A stretch of DNA of 64,000 bases. Source: Octopus vulgaris (Eukaryota). The DNA lies in contig OX597821.1 in NCBI GenBank assembly GCA_951406725.2, positions 43,524,001 to 43,588,000 of the forward strand. The letters are read 5' to 3'. Each line of letters begins with the position of its first letter. Within the stretch, counting starts at the first letter, position 1. Of this stretch, positions 1 to 12,241 are shown in pieces. Both the position numbers and the translations under genes were made by a program. The notes under the pieces are model-generated. The model was not told where the DNA came from, did not search any database, and saw only the letters and a list, made by a program, of their open reading frames with translations.

Positions 1-3000
1 ACACACACAGAGTTTTTCAGTAATAATTCTAGACAGCTTTGATTGTATTTATCTTCATGTATATGAAAACATTCAGTATGCAAACCTCATTACTGATTAA
101 ATTATTAATGAAGAGCTGTTCTTTCCTTCATGGCTTATATATGCATTATGCTGTGTGGTACAGGACAATCACCCCACTCACATATATCGATAATTTCTTA
201 ACATCTTTATGGCTTTGAATGTTTAAAGAATCCTTGCAAAGTGAAATAATAACGAAATTCTTTACTGTTAGTGTATGTCTACCTAGTTATGACTGCAAAC
301 CACACCCTTTATGACTCAGCAACTTAAGAGGAGAGTAATTTCACATTCACCAAAAGAGAAACACAAACAAAACAAAGTGTTGTTTATTTAACATCTCACT
401 GGAAAGAGAAAACTGATAAATAATAAGAGACAAGTATTTAATTAGTGTCTAGATATTTTGATTTAGTATTTAATCCGCTATTTATTGCCTGTCATCATTT
501 ATATGTATATATAGTCTGACCACAGATTTTACTGTATCTGTGTGTGTGTGTGTGTGTGTGCATGCTGGCATGGGTTACACAAAACTTGTAGTATGATTTT
601 CTACTGCGAGGTGATCTTCTTTGCACCAACCCTCTTTTCAACAAAGTTATTCCCATTCAAACACATCCTCACACATAAAGGCTGATAAGGTAGCTGAGTG
701 ATGATTGCTAGAAAACATTAACTATACAACAGTTTTGCTTCTAGTGGTGTTAGTGAGAGCACATGGAAATAACACTCAACCTCAATTGTATGTATGTGTG
801 TGTATAGTAGAAAAACATTGAATGATTCTTCAATTTATGTTTGACTGTTTTTTTTGTAAAGATGTATATTAAAAAGAAAGAGTATGGGTGTTTATGTGCA
901 ACACATAGAAATATTTATCATTATAGGCACAAGCATGGATTAGCGGTTTGCTTTACAACCATATGGTTTAGGCAAGTGTCTTCAGCTATAGCCCCATGTT
1001 GACCCAAGCTTTGTGAGTGCATTAGGAAAATTGAAGCTAAAAGGAGCCCAGCGTGTGTGTGTGTGTGTGTGTAGTGTATGTATAAAATGTGTGTATTTAT
1101 ATGTGTGCATGTTTATACGTTGGCATCATTTGATGCAAGCAGTGTCATTCATTTCTAATCATCTGAAATCATGTCTAGTCTTGGAGAGCATATTTCCATA
1201 CTTGGAAATAGGTGTATCTGGCTATAGAAAAATCTGCCTCAACAAAATTCTGTCTGATCCATGCAAGCATGGAAAAGCAGATGTTAAAGCAATGATGATA
1301 ATATTACATAAGAACAGTTCAGTGTTGAGGGATTATTCACCACCTTTTGGTAGAGTATCATAGATATTAATATTCTGATTTTAACAAGGAAAAATAAGAG
1401 CGCATATATATGATGAGCCTTTTCAAGTTTCTGCCTACCAGTTTCACTTACAAAGCTGTTGTTGTAGCAGAACACAATTGCTAAAAGTTTTCATGCAGTG
1501 GGACCATACCCAAATGAATGTAGTTGCAGACACAGCCTTGCCTGTGCTTATGTGCATGTGTACACACACACACACACACACACACTAGTCCATTTCCACT
1601 GTCAGTAACAACTATTAAGAAATAATTTACTTGATATATTTATTTATCATTAACACACACACACACTCTCACTTTGTTACTCATAGAAGTCTGGATCTGG
1701 TAGGCAAAGAATACAATTAGACTTCATTAGCTGCGTCTTTGTACTTCTTACCAGTAACTAAATAAATCAAGGTTTGATGGGATACTTTTACAGCACTTTT
1801 TAATTTCCTTCATTAGTAGCATCAAACAGATAACATCTTCACATTTAGCTTCAAACATACTTCTTTAATTGATGTTCCATGTAAACTACCATTGAATAAG
1901 TGAATAAATTGTTTAACAAATTTCCCATATATTTAAATGGTATTTAATCTATTTTATTCTTGCCAATGACAATCAGCTTTGGATTAAGATTTGTAAAATT
2001 AATTTAATGATATTTTTTCTTTTTAGTTTCATTTTGATAGAAATAAATAGAATTTTAATGAAATCAAGTTATGTTCATAAGATCTAGAATATGCTGATTT
2101 AAATATTTTTAGAAATGTAGATTTAATTCATTATTTTTTTCAAAATGTCACTAAAAATCTCTTTCAGGATCTTGTAAAGTGGAAAACTTTAAAAGCTACT
2201 TAAAACAGATTTTCAAACTGTCTCTTCTATGCTAATTTCAAGTTGTTATCATGTGAATGTTGAATCCATTTTATATAAACTCTTGTTTATTTCAATTGTT
2301 TCCTTTTGTTAAATTTTAGATTATTTTCAAAATGCTAATTGTCTAATGGGATTTTAAGGAGGTGTGTGTCATTTTGTGATGAGAACTGTTTTTTGTTCTA
2401 AAAATAAATGAAAAAGGCAAAAAAATGAACCATCTGAAAATCCATGTAAAAAATTAGTGAAGGAATCGTTATTTCTATCAGTGTATTTTAAAAATCATTT
2501 ATATAATTAAAATAAGTTAACAATAGCAAATGAAAGGTCTGGCTGTTGTTTCTTATGGAATGTGTTGATGGTTTTTACTTGAAAACCCTTAACCTTTTTA
2601 TTTTTTTTACTGCTAATTTGGTATTCAAAATAGAATTGAATTTCAAGCTACTTGATGATCCTAAAATGTAATCTCTTTGACTCAACCATTTTGATACTGC
2701 CCTTCCTCACATCATGTCTTCTATGATTTAAAAAAAGTCATTTTATTGTAAGAGATTTTTATCTTTTGTCATGTTCTAAGATAATAACTAGAGTTATTTA
2801 CTAAATCCTTCCAAGTTATGAACAATTTAATATATCAGTTGAAGCACATAAAGCACATTTCATAAGAAATATTGTGGCAGTTTTTTTTTTATCTATCTTT
2901 GTCATTAGGAGTTACAATACAAATGGGTTAAAAAAACAAATTTAGTATGTTATAACATGGCTAACTTGTAGAGATTTGTTATTTCTACTAGCTAGCCATG

Positions 3001-3234
3001 TTGAAAGTGGCAGGAGGTGCCTTTCCATGTGTTGTGTGTATGTTCAGCTATTTTCATCAGTGATAGTGTGCTCCTGAGCAGAGGCTTTCTGCAACTTTGG
3101 TAGAGGGGGAAATACAAAATTTATGAATTCTTATCTTTGATCCATTGTGATCCATCATATTTTTACTCATAAGATACAGGTTTGCAACATGCCGCCTTAT
3201 TTATCTAACATTTACTTGTGGAAGAATGTGTATA

Positions 3235-4115
3235 CGAGGCCTGATCAATAAGTATCCAGATTGTTGCCATAGTAATGAAACTAAAGCACGCAGAAAGAAA
3301 CTGCTTTGCACAGATTGACCTTCAACTCTGCTGTGCATGTGCGTTAAGTTTTAACATTCTAGCTCATTTCCCCTGTTTACAGCAGTGCTTGGAAGGAAGG
3401 TGTGTAGTGTGTGATTGTCACATTGACCATAACAGAAAGTTGTCATGGTGATACTGGCTCAGAGGCCTACATAAATTTGCAAAAAGTGTATGGAGAGGAG
3501 TGTATGAGCTGCACATAAGTGTACAAATAGATTAGACATTTCCAAGATGGCCAAAAAATGTCGATATTGATGAACGTTCAAGAAGACCCACAACCAGCAG
3601 AACTGAGAAAAACTGCAGATGTGTGGGCAGCTGTGAGGGGAAATCGCTGGATCACCATCCGTGAGTTATCAGAGGATGTACAGATTAGTTACAGTACAGT
3701 TCATTATCACTGAAGGTTTGGATATGAGGCGTGTCTGACAAATTTGGGCCAAAACTGTTTTCAGCTGACCAAAACAACACTTGTGTTTCAGTTACACAAG
3801 ATCTTGATTGTGTTGAGAGCAATGAAAACTTTTTGAAAACTTTGCATAGGCCTCTGAGCAGGTATTGCTAAGTTTTGGCAAAATTTGATGCAGATTCTCT
3901 GCTCAACTTTCTCTGTCAATGTTATGATCACATGCTACACACCTTCCTTCCAAGCACATCTGTAAATAGCAGAAGTGAGTTAGAACAAGAAAACTTAGTG
4001 CACATGCACAGCAGAGGTTAAGGTCAATCTGTGCCAAGTGGCTTCATTCTCTGTGCTTTAGCTTCATTACTTCATTACTATAGCAACAGTCCAAATACTT
4101 ATTGATCAGACTATG
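3235..4115 (+). mobile_element. Non-autonomous mariner element with very long inverted arms (foldback derivative)
   Basis: TA|CGAGGCCTGATCAATAAGTAT ... ATACTTATTGATCAGACTATG|TA. The arms are about 250-280 bp. The interior is a decayed mariner HTH (EAYINLQKVYGEECMS...RHFQDG...DERSRRPTTSRT). Confidence 0.9.
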
Positions 4116-6292
4116 TATGTAAGATGAAAATGACGTTTTATGTGAGGAAATACTTTATCAAGACTGAATTTGAAAGCCTTTCTTGAGTAATTTTTGATTA
4201 TAAAGAAACATATACTTAAATATATTTTCTTCCTCCCACCTATTTTTTCTGTTTAAAACTATTGTTAATTGTAAATTCAAAGCAAATTTTAATTGCAGAA
4301 GCTTTTTCTTGTATAATTTAGCTCCGTACTTCATTAGTGATGAACCACATGTAGTTAGGTTTGTGACATTATCTTAATAGGTCTTCAGTTGAAAACTGAT
4401 TAGATGTTTTTCTGTCCCTCTGAAACATTTACAGTAATGTAGAAGTAATGTAATTGGATGAACAACAGCATTGGACTACTACTTCATAAGTTAAAAAGTT
4501 CAAGTCTTCTTTTAAGCAAAACATTCCCTTCTACATCTGTCAGGAACAGATATAGTATTATCTAGGAATATTTCTTGTCTGTGGCGGGATGTGTCCTGTA
4601 TGGGCTGAGTTCTATGAAAATGGATCTAAGTTACCAGCCCTTAAAACAACCTACTGGATGGAGACAAGGATTACAAGGTACTGACACTAAGGTACAGGAA
4701 AGGAATCTTTACTCAAGTATATACTATAAAATGTAAACATAAGTTGAATTGGTGGGTTACCACTAATGTGGTGATGAGTTCTAAATATGAACACAGCTTT
4801 GAATTAAATTTTCTCTGTCAGGCTATAAGTATGGATCACTATGTAGTTAATAAGTCACCTTCACAACTAAATAGTTTTGGGCTTGATCCTACTGCATGGC
4901 ACCTTTGAGGTGTGTTTTTTTACTTAAACTTGGATTGATTCATAATTTGAGAGTAGAATTTGGTAGGCAGAGACTAAAAATCTATAATGTATGTGTGGAC
5001 ATTTATAACAAAATGGATGGAACTGGTGTGAAAAAATAAATCTACCTGAACTGCATCAAGTGTCATCACTGGAAATGCAGAGAGCCAGTGATTTTCTTTA
5101 AAACAAAACAAAAAAAACAACCAGTTTTGTTTACACACATGGATTGGATAGTTATATAAAGTATGCTTCTCTGTTTCCCCTCAGTCATTTAGTTGGAAAA
5201 AAAATGCTCTTCATAAAAAATAAGCAATTTGTATTTTTTTGATTGTAGCAATTTAATATAACATAGGAAAAGTATGAAACTATATTCTTGTCCCTTCCTG
5301 CATTCCCTTCCTGTAAATCTGAAATGTCATGTTAATGTAGGAATTCAGTCTTAGAGTGTTAATGACCTGATTTGAAGGTGATTGTAATATGTTGATATAA
5401 TTTTCCTTCTAAAATCAAATATATCTTGATTTTTAATGATCTATAACTGCACTAGACAATATGGTACTTCCTTTGCTGTTTGTATCTCATTAAACTTGTT
5501 TCTCCTCTTAAAAGGCACACCTTTTAAAAATATTCTTGACAAATTCTTGATGTTACAGCTAATCTTTATTGGAATTAAAGTACAACTCTCTTAGCTAATT
5601 GTACTATAAAATTTTAAACTGTTAAATTCTTTCCTTAGAAAAAAATGCAGAAAACAAAGATAATTATTCCGTTCAAAATGAAAAAAGTTTTTTGATATTC
5701 AATTATTTATATTAGAAGTGTAAAAAGTGTCTGCAAATATTCTTTCTAAGGTGATGTGTGTGTAACCTCTAATCCTGTTTGCTAATTACTAAACACTCAG
5801 CTCATGACTTCTAATTTAATGGGAAGTACTAACTTGACTGGTTGTTTGCCAAAAATACTATTCACATCACACAACCTGTAATTTCTGAATTTCTCTTACA
5901 TTTAATTCTGTTGCAATTAAAATGTAGTTTTTCAGATTTAAAAGCCTAAAATCATTCTTTTAGTTGTTTTCAGTGCTTATAAAACCATTTATTAATATTT
6001 CTCTGCAACATACTGGTGCGTTTTGTTTGCTAGAGTGCTGTGCCTAAGTTCCCTTGGGTAGGAGAATATGTGTTCCAAGTGTGCTTAGCAGAACTTATAG
6101 TGTCTTTTCTGTTTTGTTTTGGCTCAGACTAGTTAACTACTAGACACATTATCTTAGTCTTTTGTTCTTGGTGCTACCTATCGTCCAAGGTTGCCATTAG
6201 TTTTGTTCTTTTGCACTGATCACTTTCTCTTGGACTATTCATGTAATTTTCTATGTATACTATTTGCATTTGAAAATCTCTTTGTATTTCTC

Positions 6293-6313
6293 ATGTGGAA
6301 TTATCAGCATGTG
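6293..6313 (+). CDS. Candidate coding end of an alternative first exon of the TSC22 gene (short isoform)
   Basis: Consensus donor TG|GTGAGT at 6314-6319. ATG 6309 gives ATG TG| (phase 2), in frame with exon 15122 (MCGSSTVAIDNKIEQAM...). Lies in a repeat-poor block. No transcript evidence. Confidence 0.4.
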
Positions 6314-6906
6314 GTGAGTTGTTTTTATTTTATATGTAATATATTGATGTAAAAATCTATTAAAAACAGTTGTCATGTGTTCACAGAAAGAAAAAAAAAA
6401 CATGCTCAATATTTATTGATTAACCAAAGTTTGTATTGATTCAATAAAAAGATATTTCTCCAAAAGACATTATTAGAAATCTAAATTTATTTCTAATGTC
6501 TCTGAAATTCTCAGGGTCAGTTCTATTTCTGCAACAAACCAACAGAAATAGCACCGCACTAGATAAAATGTTTTGTCACTGTGTTCTGAGTTCAAATCCA
6601 CCCATACATGCATTCCACTCCTTTATCATCAATAAATACCAATAGTACTCTGAGGTCGTCATTTCAGTCAACTGGTTTTTATCATCTTTGTAATGATTAA
6701 GGAACTTTGCATTTTACCTATTATTCCTGACATTAAATACCATTTGTCACATAATTAAACTCTACAGGTACAAGTATGGCTGCAAGGATAAGACACTCAT
6801 TTGACAAACCACATTTTGGGTTCAGTCCCACCATGTTACCTATTATAGCTTTAGGCTGACCAATGCCACATGAGTGAACCTAGTTGCTGAAAACATATAT
6901 GTGTAT

Positions 6907-6966
<60 letters not shown>

Positions 6967-7802
6967 ATTATTAATCAAACACTAAATCTAATGCTTGGTA
7001 TATGTAAGCACAATTGCTTGGGATATTTTTATGATAATCTATACATCCTTATTTAACAATTGATTTTCTTCTGATTGAGAAATTAAAGCATCTTTTATGT
7101 TAATGATGCTCTCAATATTCTGAATTAAAAAATGCCATTAAGTACAACTTTATCTTGTATCATTTTGATACCCATGCAATTATCTGTTGCCTCCTGCCAC
7201 AAATTGTGTTCTTGTGTCGATCTTAGGAATCAATTTAGAAAATGGAATTGGTATGGCATAAGATCTTATTGAGTAGCCAAATAATCAAATGGAAAAGATA
7301 ATGGTTTGATATATAGCTGTATATTTTCATTTATATTTAAAAAAAAAAGATATAAACATTTAGACAAGGTAGAAATATTTAATCACAGATTGACAAAAAA
7401 ACTGTATCCATTTAATTATTAATGAGATTTAATTACATGTATTACTTTGTTGTGTGGTTGTTTCTAGTTACTGTTTTGAAAACACATGACCCACATTTCA
7501 ATTAATAGAAATTAATGGTAAATAATAGGATTGTGTTCTTTTGCAAAATAATTTGTTCCTTCTTTGATGGTAATTAAAAACAGGGAATCTGGAAAATTTT
7601 AAAATGTAATTTAGAAATTCTCTTATCTATAGATACCATATATGCCAGAAGCATAGTTCACTGCCTCATTATATATATATATATATATATATATAGCATG
7701 TCTGTGGTTAAGGGGTTTTCTTCCCTATCAGATGATTTCAGGTTCAGCCTTCAACTATGGTCTAGTGAGTGGATTTAGTAAATGGAAGCTGAAAGAAGCC
7801 CA

Positions 7803-7866
<64 letters not shown>

Positions 7867-7930
7867 TGTGTGTGTGTGTGTGTGTGTGTGTGTGCATGCA
7901 TATATATATATATATCTTTGCTTTCATTTT

Positions 7931-8311
7931 TTACTTGTGTCAGTTATTACACTGCGTCCGTGCTGGAGCACCACCTTGAAAATTTTTTCAGTTAGATGAA
8001 TCTACCCTAGTACGTACTTTTTAAAGCTTGTTACTTATTCTATTGATCATTTTTGCTGAATCACTAAGTTGCAGGGACATAAAAACACCAATGCTGGTTG
8101 TCAAGCAGTGGTGGGAGATAAACAAAGATACAAGGAAATGCACACACACATGACAGGCTTCTTTCAGTTTCCATCTACAAATCTACTTACAAGGATTTAG
8201 TTGAGCCAAGGCTATAGTAGAAGACACTTGCCTAAGGTGGCATACAGTGGGACTGAACCTGAACCATATGGTTGGGAAGCAAGCTTGTTAAAACACAGCC
8301 ATGCCTGCACC
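7931..8311 (-). mobile_element. tRNA-derived CORE-type SINE (abundant family), diverged copy
   Basis: Homologous to the copies at 28020 and 58339 (head GGCTGTGT, GGTTCAGTCCCACTG; CORE-like ACCTTAGGCAAGTGTCTTCTACTATAGCC; tail GGTGCTCCAGCA). Partial copies lie near 925-1030, 6765-6890, 7700-7800, 24315-24410, 37200-37390, 38140-38470, 55670-55800 and 61335-61490. Confidence 0.8.
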
Positions 8312-8699
8312 TATCTATATGGTTGTTAGAAATTCTCAAAATATATTCTAGTAACTTGTATTAAAGTTACATCATCCTTCCTTCATCTTTACGTGTGTGT
8401 GTACACTTACACAGACATACACATCCTGTCTGTGTCTTTCTGTCTTCCTATCAATCTCTATATCCTTGTCTGTGTATCTACCTACCTAACTATAATTTTG
8501 AAACCCATCCCTAGCAGTCAAGCAAAACATGCTACTGTTGGCTATATGGTTAATTTGTTAAAAAGTATGTGTGACAGGATAGGGATATATGCCCAGAGCA
8601 GAGCTGAGCTAGGCTGTATGCACTAGTATGTTTGTTGGGCCTGAGTGAGAATTTGGTCTGTGGTGGACTGCAGTGGCCATTTGCCCTCCAATTCCAAGC

Positions 8700-9365
8700 A
8701 GATGAGTGCAATGTTTTGGAAGCACTTTGCAGGACTGTTTTTGGTGGGGTGTTATACTTGAGGTAGCAATGATCTGCCATGCCTTTCGTACAAGGAGATT
8801 GAATGTTGTCAGGAGCTGATTTCAGCAGAAGAAGTGGAAGATGTGCTGAGTCACCGATTCAGGCATAACTCACCAGGATTGGATGGTCTGCCCTTTGATT
8901 TATATTTCTACATGCTTTACTTGTTCACTCCTGTTCAGGCTACTATCTACTGCAGTTAGCAACAGACTGGGGGCATTCCCAGTCATGTGAGGCAGGGAGC
9001 GGTGATTGTGCTGAGGAAAGATCTGAACAAGGTTACTGTGATTGAAAATTTCAGACCCATAACTCTGCTCAACACTCATTCAAAATTTTGGCTAAAGTGC
9101 TCACCAAGAGGCTAGTGCTTGTTGTCAGTAGTATAGTCAAAGACAGACAAACCTGTCTGATTCTTGGCAGGTCTATCTGCAGTGACCTCTACCTCATGCA
9201 TTACACAGTAGGACGGTTGGGAATAGATCTGCCTTTGGTGGGGTACTGGTCAGTTTGGATCAATAGAAGGCATTTGAATGGCAGACCATTGATATCAGAT
9301 GGCAATCCTAAAAGCTGTCAGTTTTGGCCCCATTTTCAGAGGCTGAATCATCACAATGTACAGTG
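8700..9365 (+). mobile_element. Decayed L1/Tx1-clade LINE reverse transcriptase fragment
   Basis: Interrupted translation ISAEEVEDVL...SPGLDGLPFDLY...ENFRPITLLNT..K.LAKVLTKRL..VVSSIVKDRQTCLILGRSI matches the N-terminal RT motifs of L1/Tx1 elements. Contains stops and frameshifts. Confidence 0.85.
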
Positions 9366-11649
9366 GTGTGTGTGTGTGTGTCTGTTTCGATTCTTGGACC
9401 AGGAGGTGCATTATGTTCTTGAGCAAAACTCTTTAACATTGCTCCAGTCTCCTTAGCTAGGAAAACTGAGTATTCTTGGGACAGACTGGCATCCTATCTA
9501 CCGGGGAGTAGACACACCAGAGAATCTGTGAAAGCAGCCCCATGAATCTATGACTCAGGAAAGAGACTTTTGGCTATGAAACTGTCAATTGTTACACAAC
9601 AATTTTGAAACAGTCAGATTCAATGGTATTGTCTAAAAATTAAAAAAGAATTCTATCATCAATTTGGTTTTGTCACTATACTAATTATTCTGAAGATATA
9701 TTGGGATGTATAAAAATCTGTTTTACTGAATTTTTATTGTATTTTGTTTTAGATTTTAGCTGGTTTTATTATGAGTAGTTGCTCTTTTACTGTTACTTTG
9801 ACACAAATGTCATTGTTCAGATCAGGTTTTTTACAACCAGAGATAAAAATCAAATTCCAAGTAATGTGTAGCTTTGAGATGATAGATGTTTTTGTTAATG
9901 TTAGGTATTAAAACAGCTTTTTTTTTTTAGATTAGCAAGTGTTTTAATACATCAAGTTACTATTGTCATTTTGATTTTTTATTTATTTTTTTATAATGAT
10001 TATAAGTTTAATGATATATAGAATAAGATTTAGTCTCAGAGAATATAATTTTAGTGATAGTTTTGATAATAGGTGCCGAGAATAGGTGGATAAATCTATT
10101 GAGACTGTCACTTGAAAAGCTAGCTTAAAGATTGGATTCTCTAGCAAAATTCTGAAGATTATTGGTGTATGTGCTTTGAGATCAATATTTATTTAAACAA
10201 ATTCACTTTTATTCAGTCAGTCTGAAATAAGCTTCTGCCAGAATTGTATAAATCAAGCATTCTGCTTATTTGCTGATCTATTTTTAATGATGTACACCTA
10301 ATTTTTCTTTTTTTTTTTCTCTTTTTTTTGTTATGTGCATCATTTAGCTGAAAATTTTAAATAAACCTTACTGTGTCTTTAGAAATCTAATAGTTTGAAG
10401 TACTATTATATCATATTATATCATCATATGTATATATTTTTATGCTGCATTTTGTGATATACATCTTATGCCTTAGATCTCCTCTTTGTGAATCTGATGT
10501 GTATTTGGCAGCCATTTAGATTAAGGTTCATAACCTATTAACAATGCATTGTATGCCTGAAAGCAGGTCTTTCAGAAAATTATACAATACCAAGTATTTA
10601 TTTCTAGTTTAAATTCTGCTCACATATTAACTTTTCATGAAACCAAACAATTGCTTAATGATTATATTATGACTTTTTGTCCTTACTATTTTTCTTGATA
10701 TTTAACTGTAATTAATTCTAAAATAGTAATTAGTCTATTCATTAATGGGTTAAGTGATTTGATGATTGTGAACTTATTTGCTTTATTTCTAACTTTATTG
10801 CTGTTTTATATGCGACCAATATTGTTGGAAGAGTTCATAAAAGATATGATCCATAGAACTCAAGACAACAGAAGTGCATTTTTATGTGTGTTGCTATTCA
10901 TCTTGATTTTTTTTTCTATAGTTTCTTACTGTTTAACAAAGGAAACTAGCTTTGAATAGTTGGGCTGATATTTTGAGATGTTGTTAATTTAATGATTCAA
11001 AGAATGATTAAATACTTTTGGGATCTTATTTGTGTTGTTTTAAAAAAAATTCTGATTATGAGTCCTGAGAAAACTGAAATTAGTACTCATTATAAAAATT
11101 CTATTTTAATTTAATAAATTAAAGTATGTGATTATATTCAACAAACTGAATCAAGTAAAATAAAAAGTATCAGATTCTAAACTGAATAATGCTTTAAAAT
11201 TATTGATCCAATGAAAATGTCATAATGATTGTTTCACTAAACCAAGAATTATTTTTGTTTCAAATTTATTGCTTTAGAATTAAAAATGGAACATATTAAA
11301 AAAAAGATATCTAGTGTAACCTTTAGTTTATGATCACCATTAATATGAACAGGTTTCCTTAATGCTATCACTTGATATTATTGCACCTACATTCAATATA
11401 TAATATAATCTTACTTAGTCTCTTGAGAGTTATCTTTTGGTAACAACACAGTAAATGTTGTTCTTAAAATTAACTTTGGTGACACTGGTATTAATTTAAT
11501 AGTCAGCATTTTCAGTAACTTTTTACTTTTTTTTTTTGTTTTTTACTGTAAATAAACTTTGTTTATATTAACATACATTGACAGAAAGAAATGGAGAAAA
11601 AGACTTTAAAAGTATAATAGATCAAGATGGGGAGGAGGGATTAATGGGT

Positions 11650-12241
11650 TGTACACCCCCGAAAAAATGGTGTATTTAGCAGCACTTTGTGCAAAGGCAT
11701 TGTTGTGGAGAATGGCCGGCAATACTCACTGCAGCAGCCACCCCACCTTGCAGGTCTCATTTCTCAGATTGGCCTCAGTTATCCCAATTTTGCAGAGGAA
11801 ATCAGGAGTGCAAGGTCAGAATACCTGGGGTGTCAATGGTGAATGGCACAAACTGATAGTGGCTGATCAAACTTCTGTATCTGTTTATTTTTCTCTTCCC
11901 TGTGTTTATGGGCAGTGATACCTGGGTTTGTGGCCAATGCAGCAGGGCTGGAACTAGAGAACATGTAGCATGTTGCATCCCAGATTAGGGATCTGTCTCC
12001 CTTGAATAGAAAGGAAGTTATTCTGATGGAGTGCTTACCACCTCTGTGGCTAAGACCTACTGGCTCCAATTGTAACAGGAAGCTGAACGCATCAAGGCTC
12101 CTTCTAATTATGTAATTTAGAGTAGTGTGTTGGGGGAACCAGCCTGCACTGTGCTTGTCTAATGATATCTCAATCTGCCTGAAGGTAGGCTTGCATCTGA
12201 CACCCCAGTTACGTTGGACATATATATTCTGGGCGATGACA
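11650..12241. mobile_element. Possible solo LTR
   Basis: GC-richer island bounded by TGTACACCCCCGAA ... TTCTGGGCGATGACA (TG..CA ends, imperfect terminal inverted repeat). No matching TSD seen. Confidence 0.25.
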
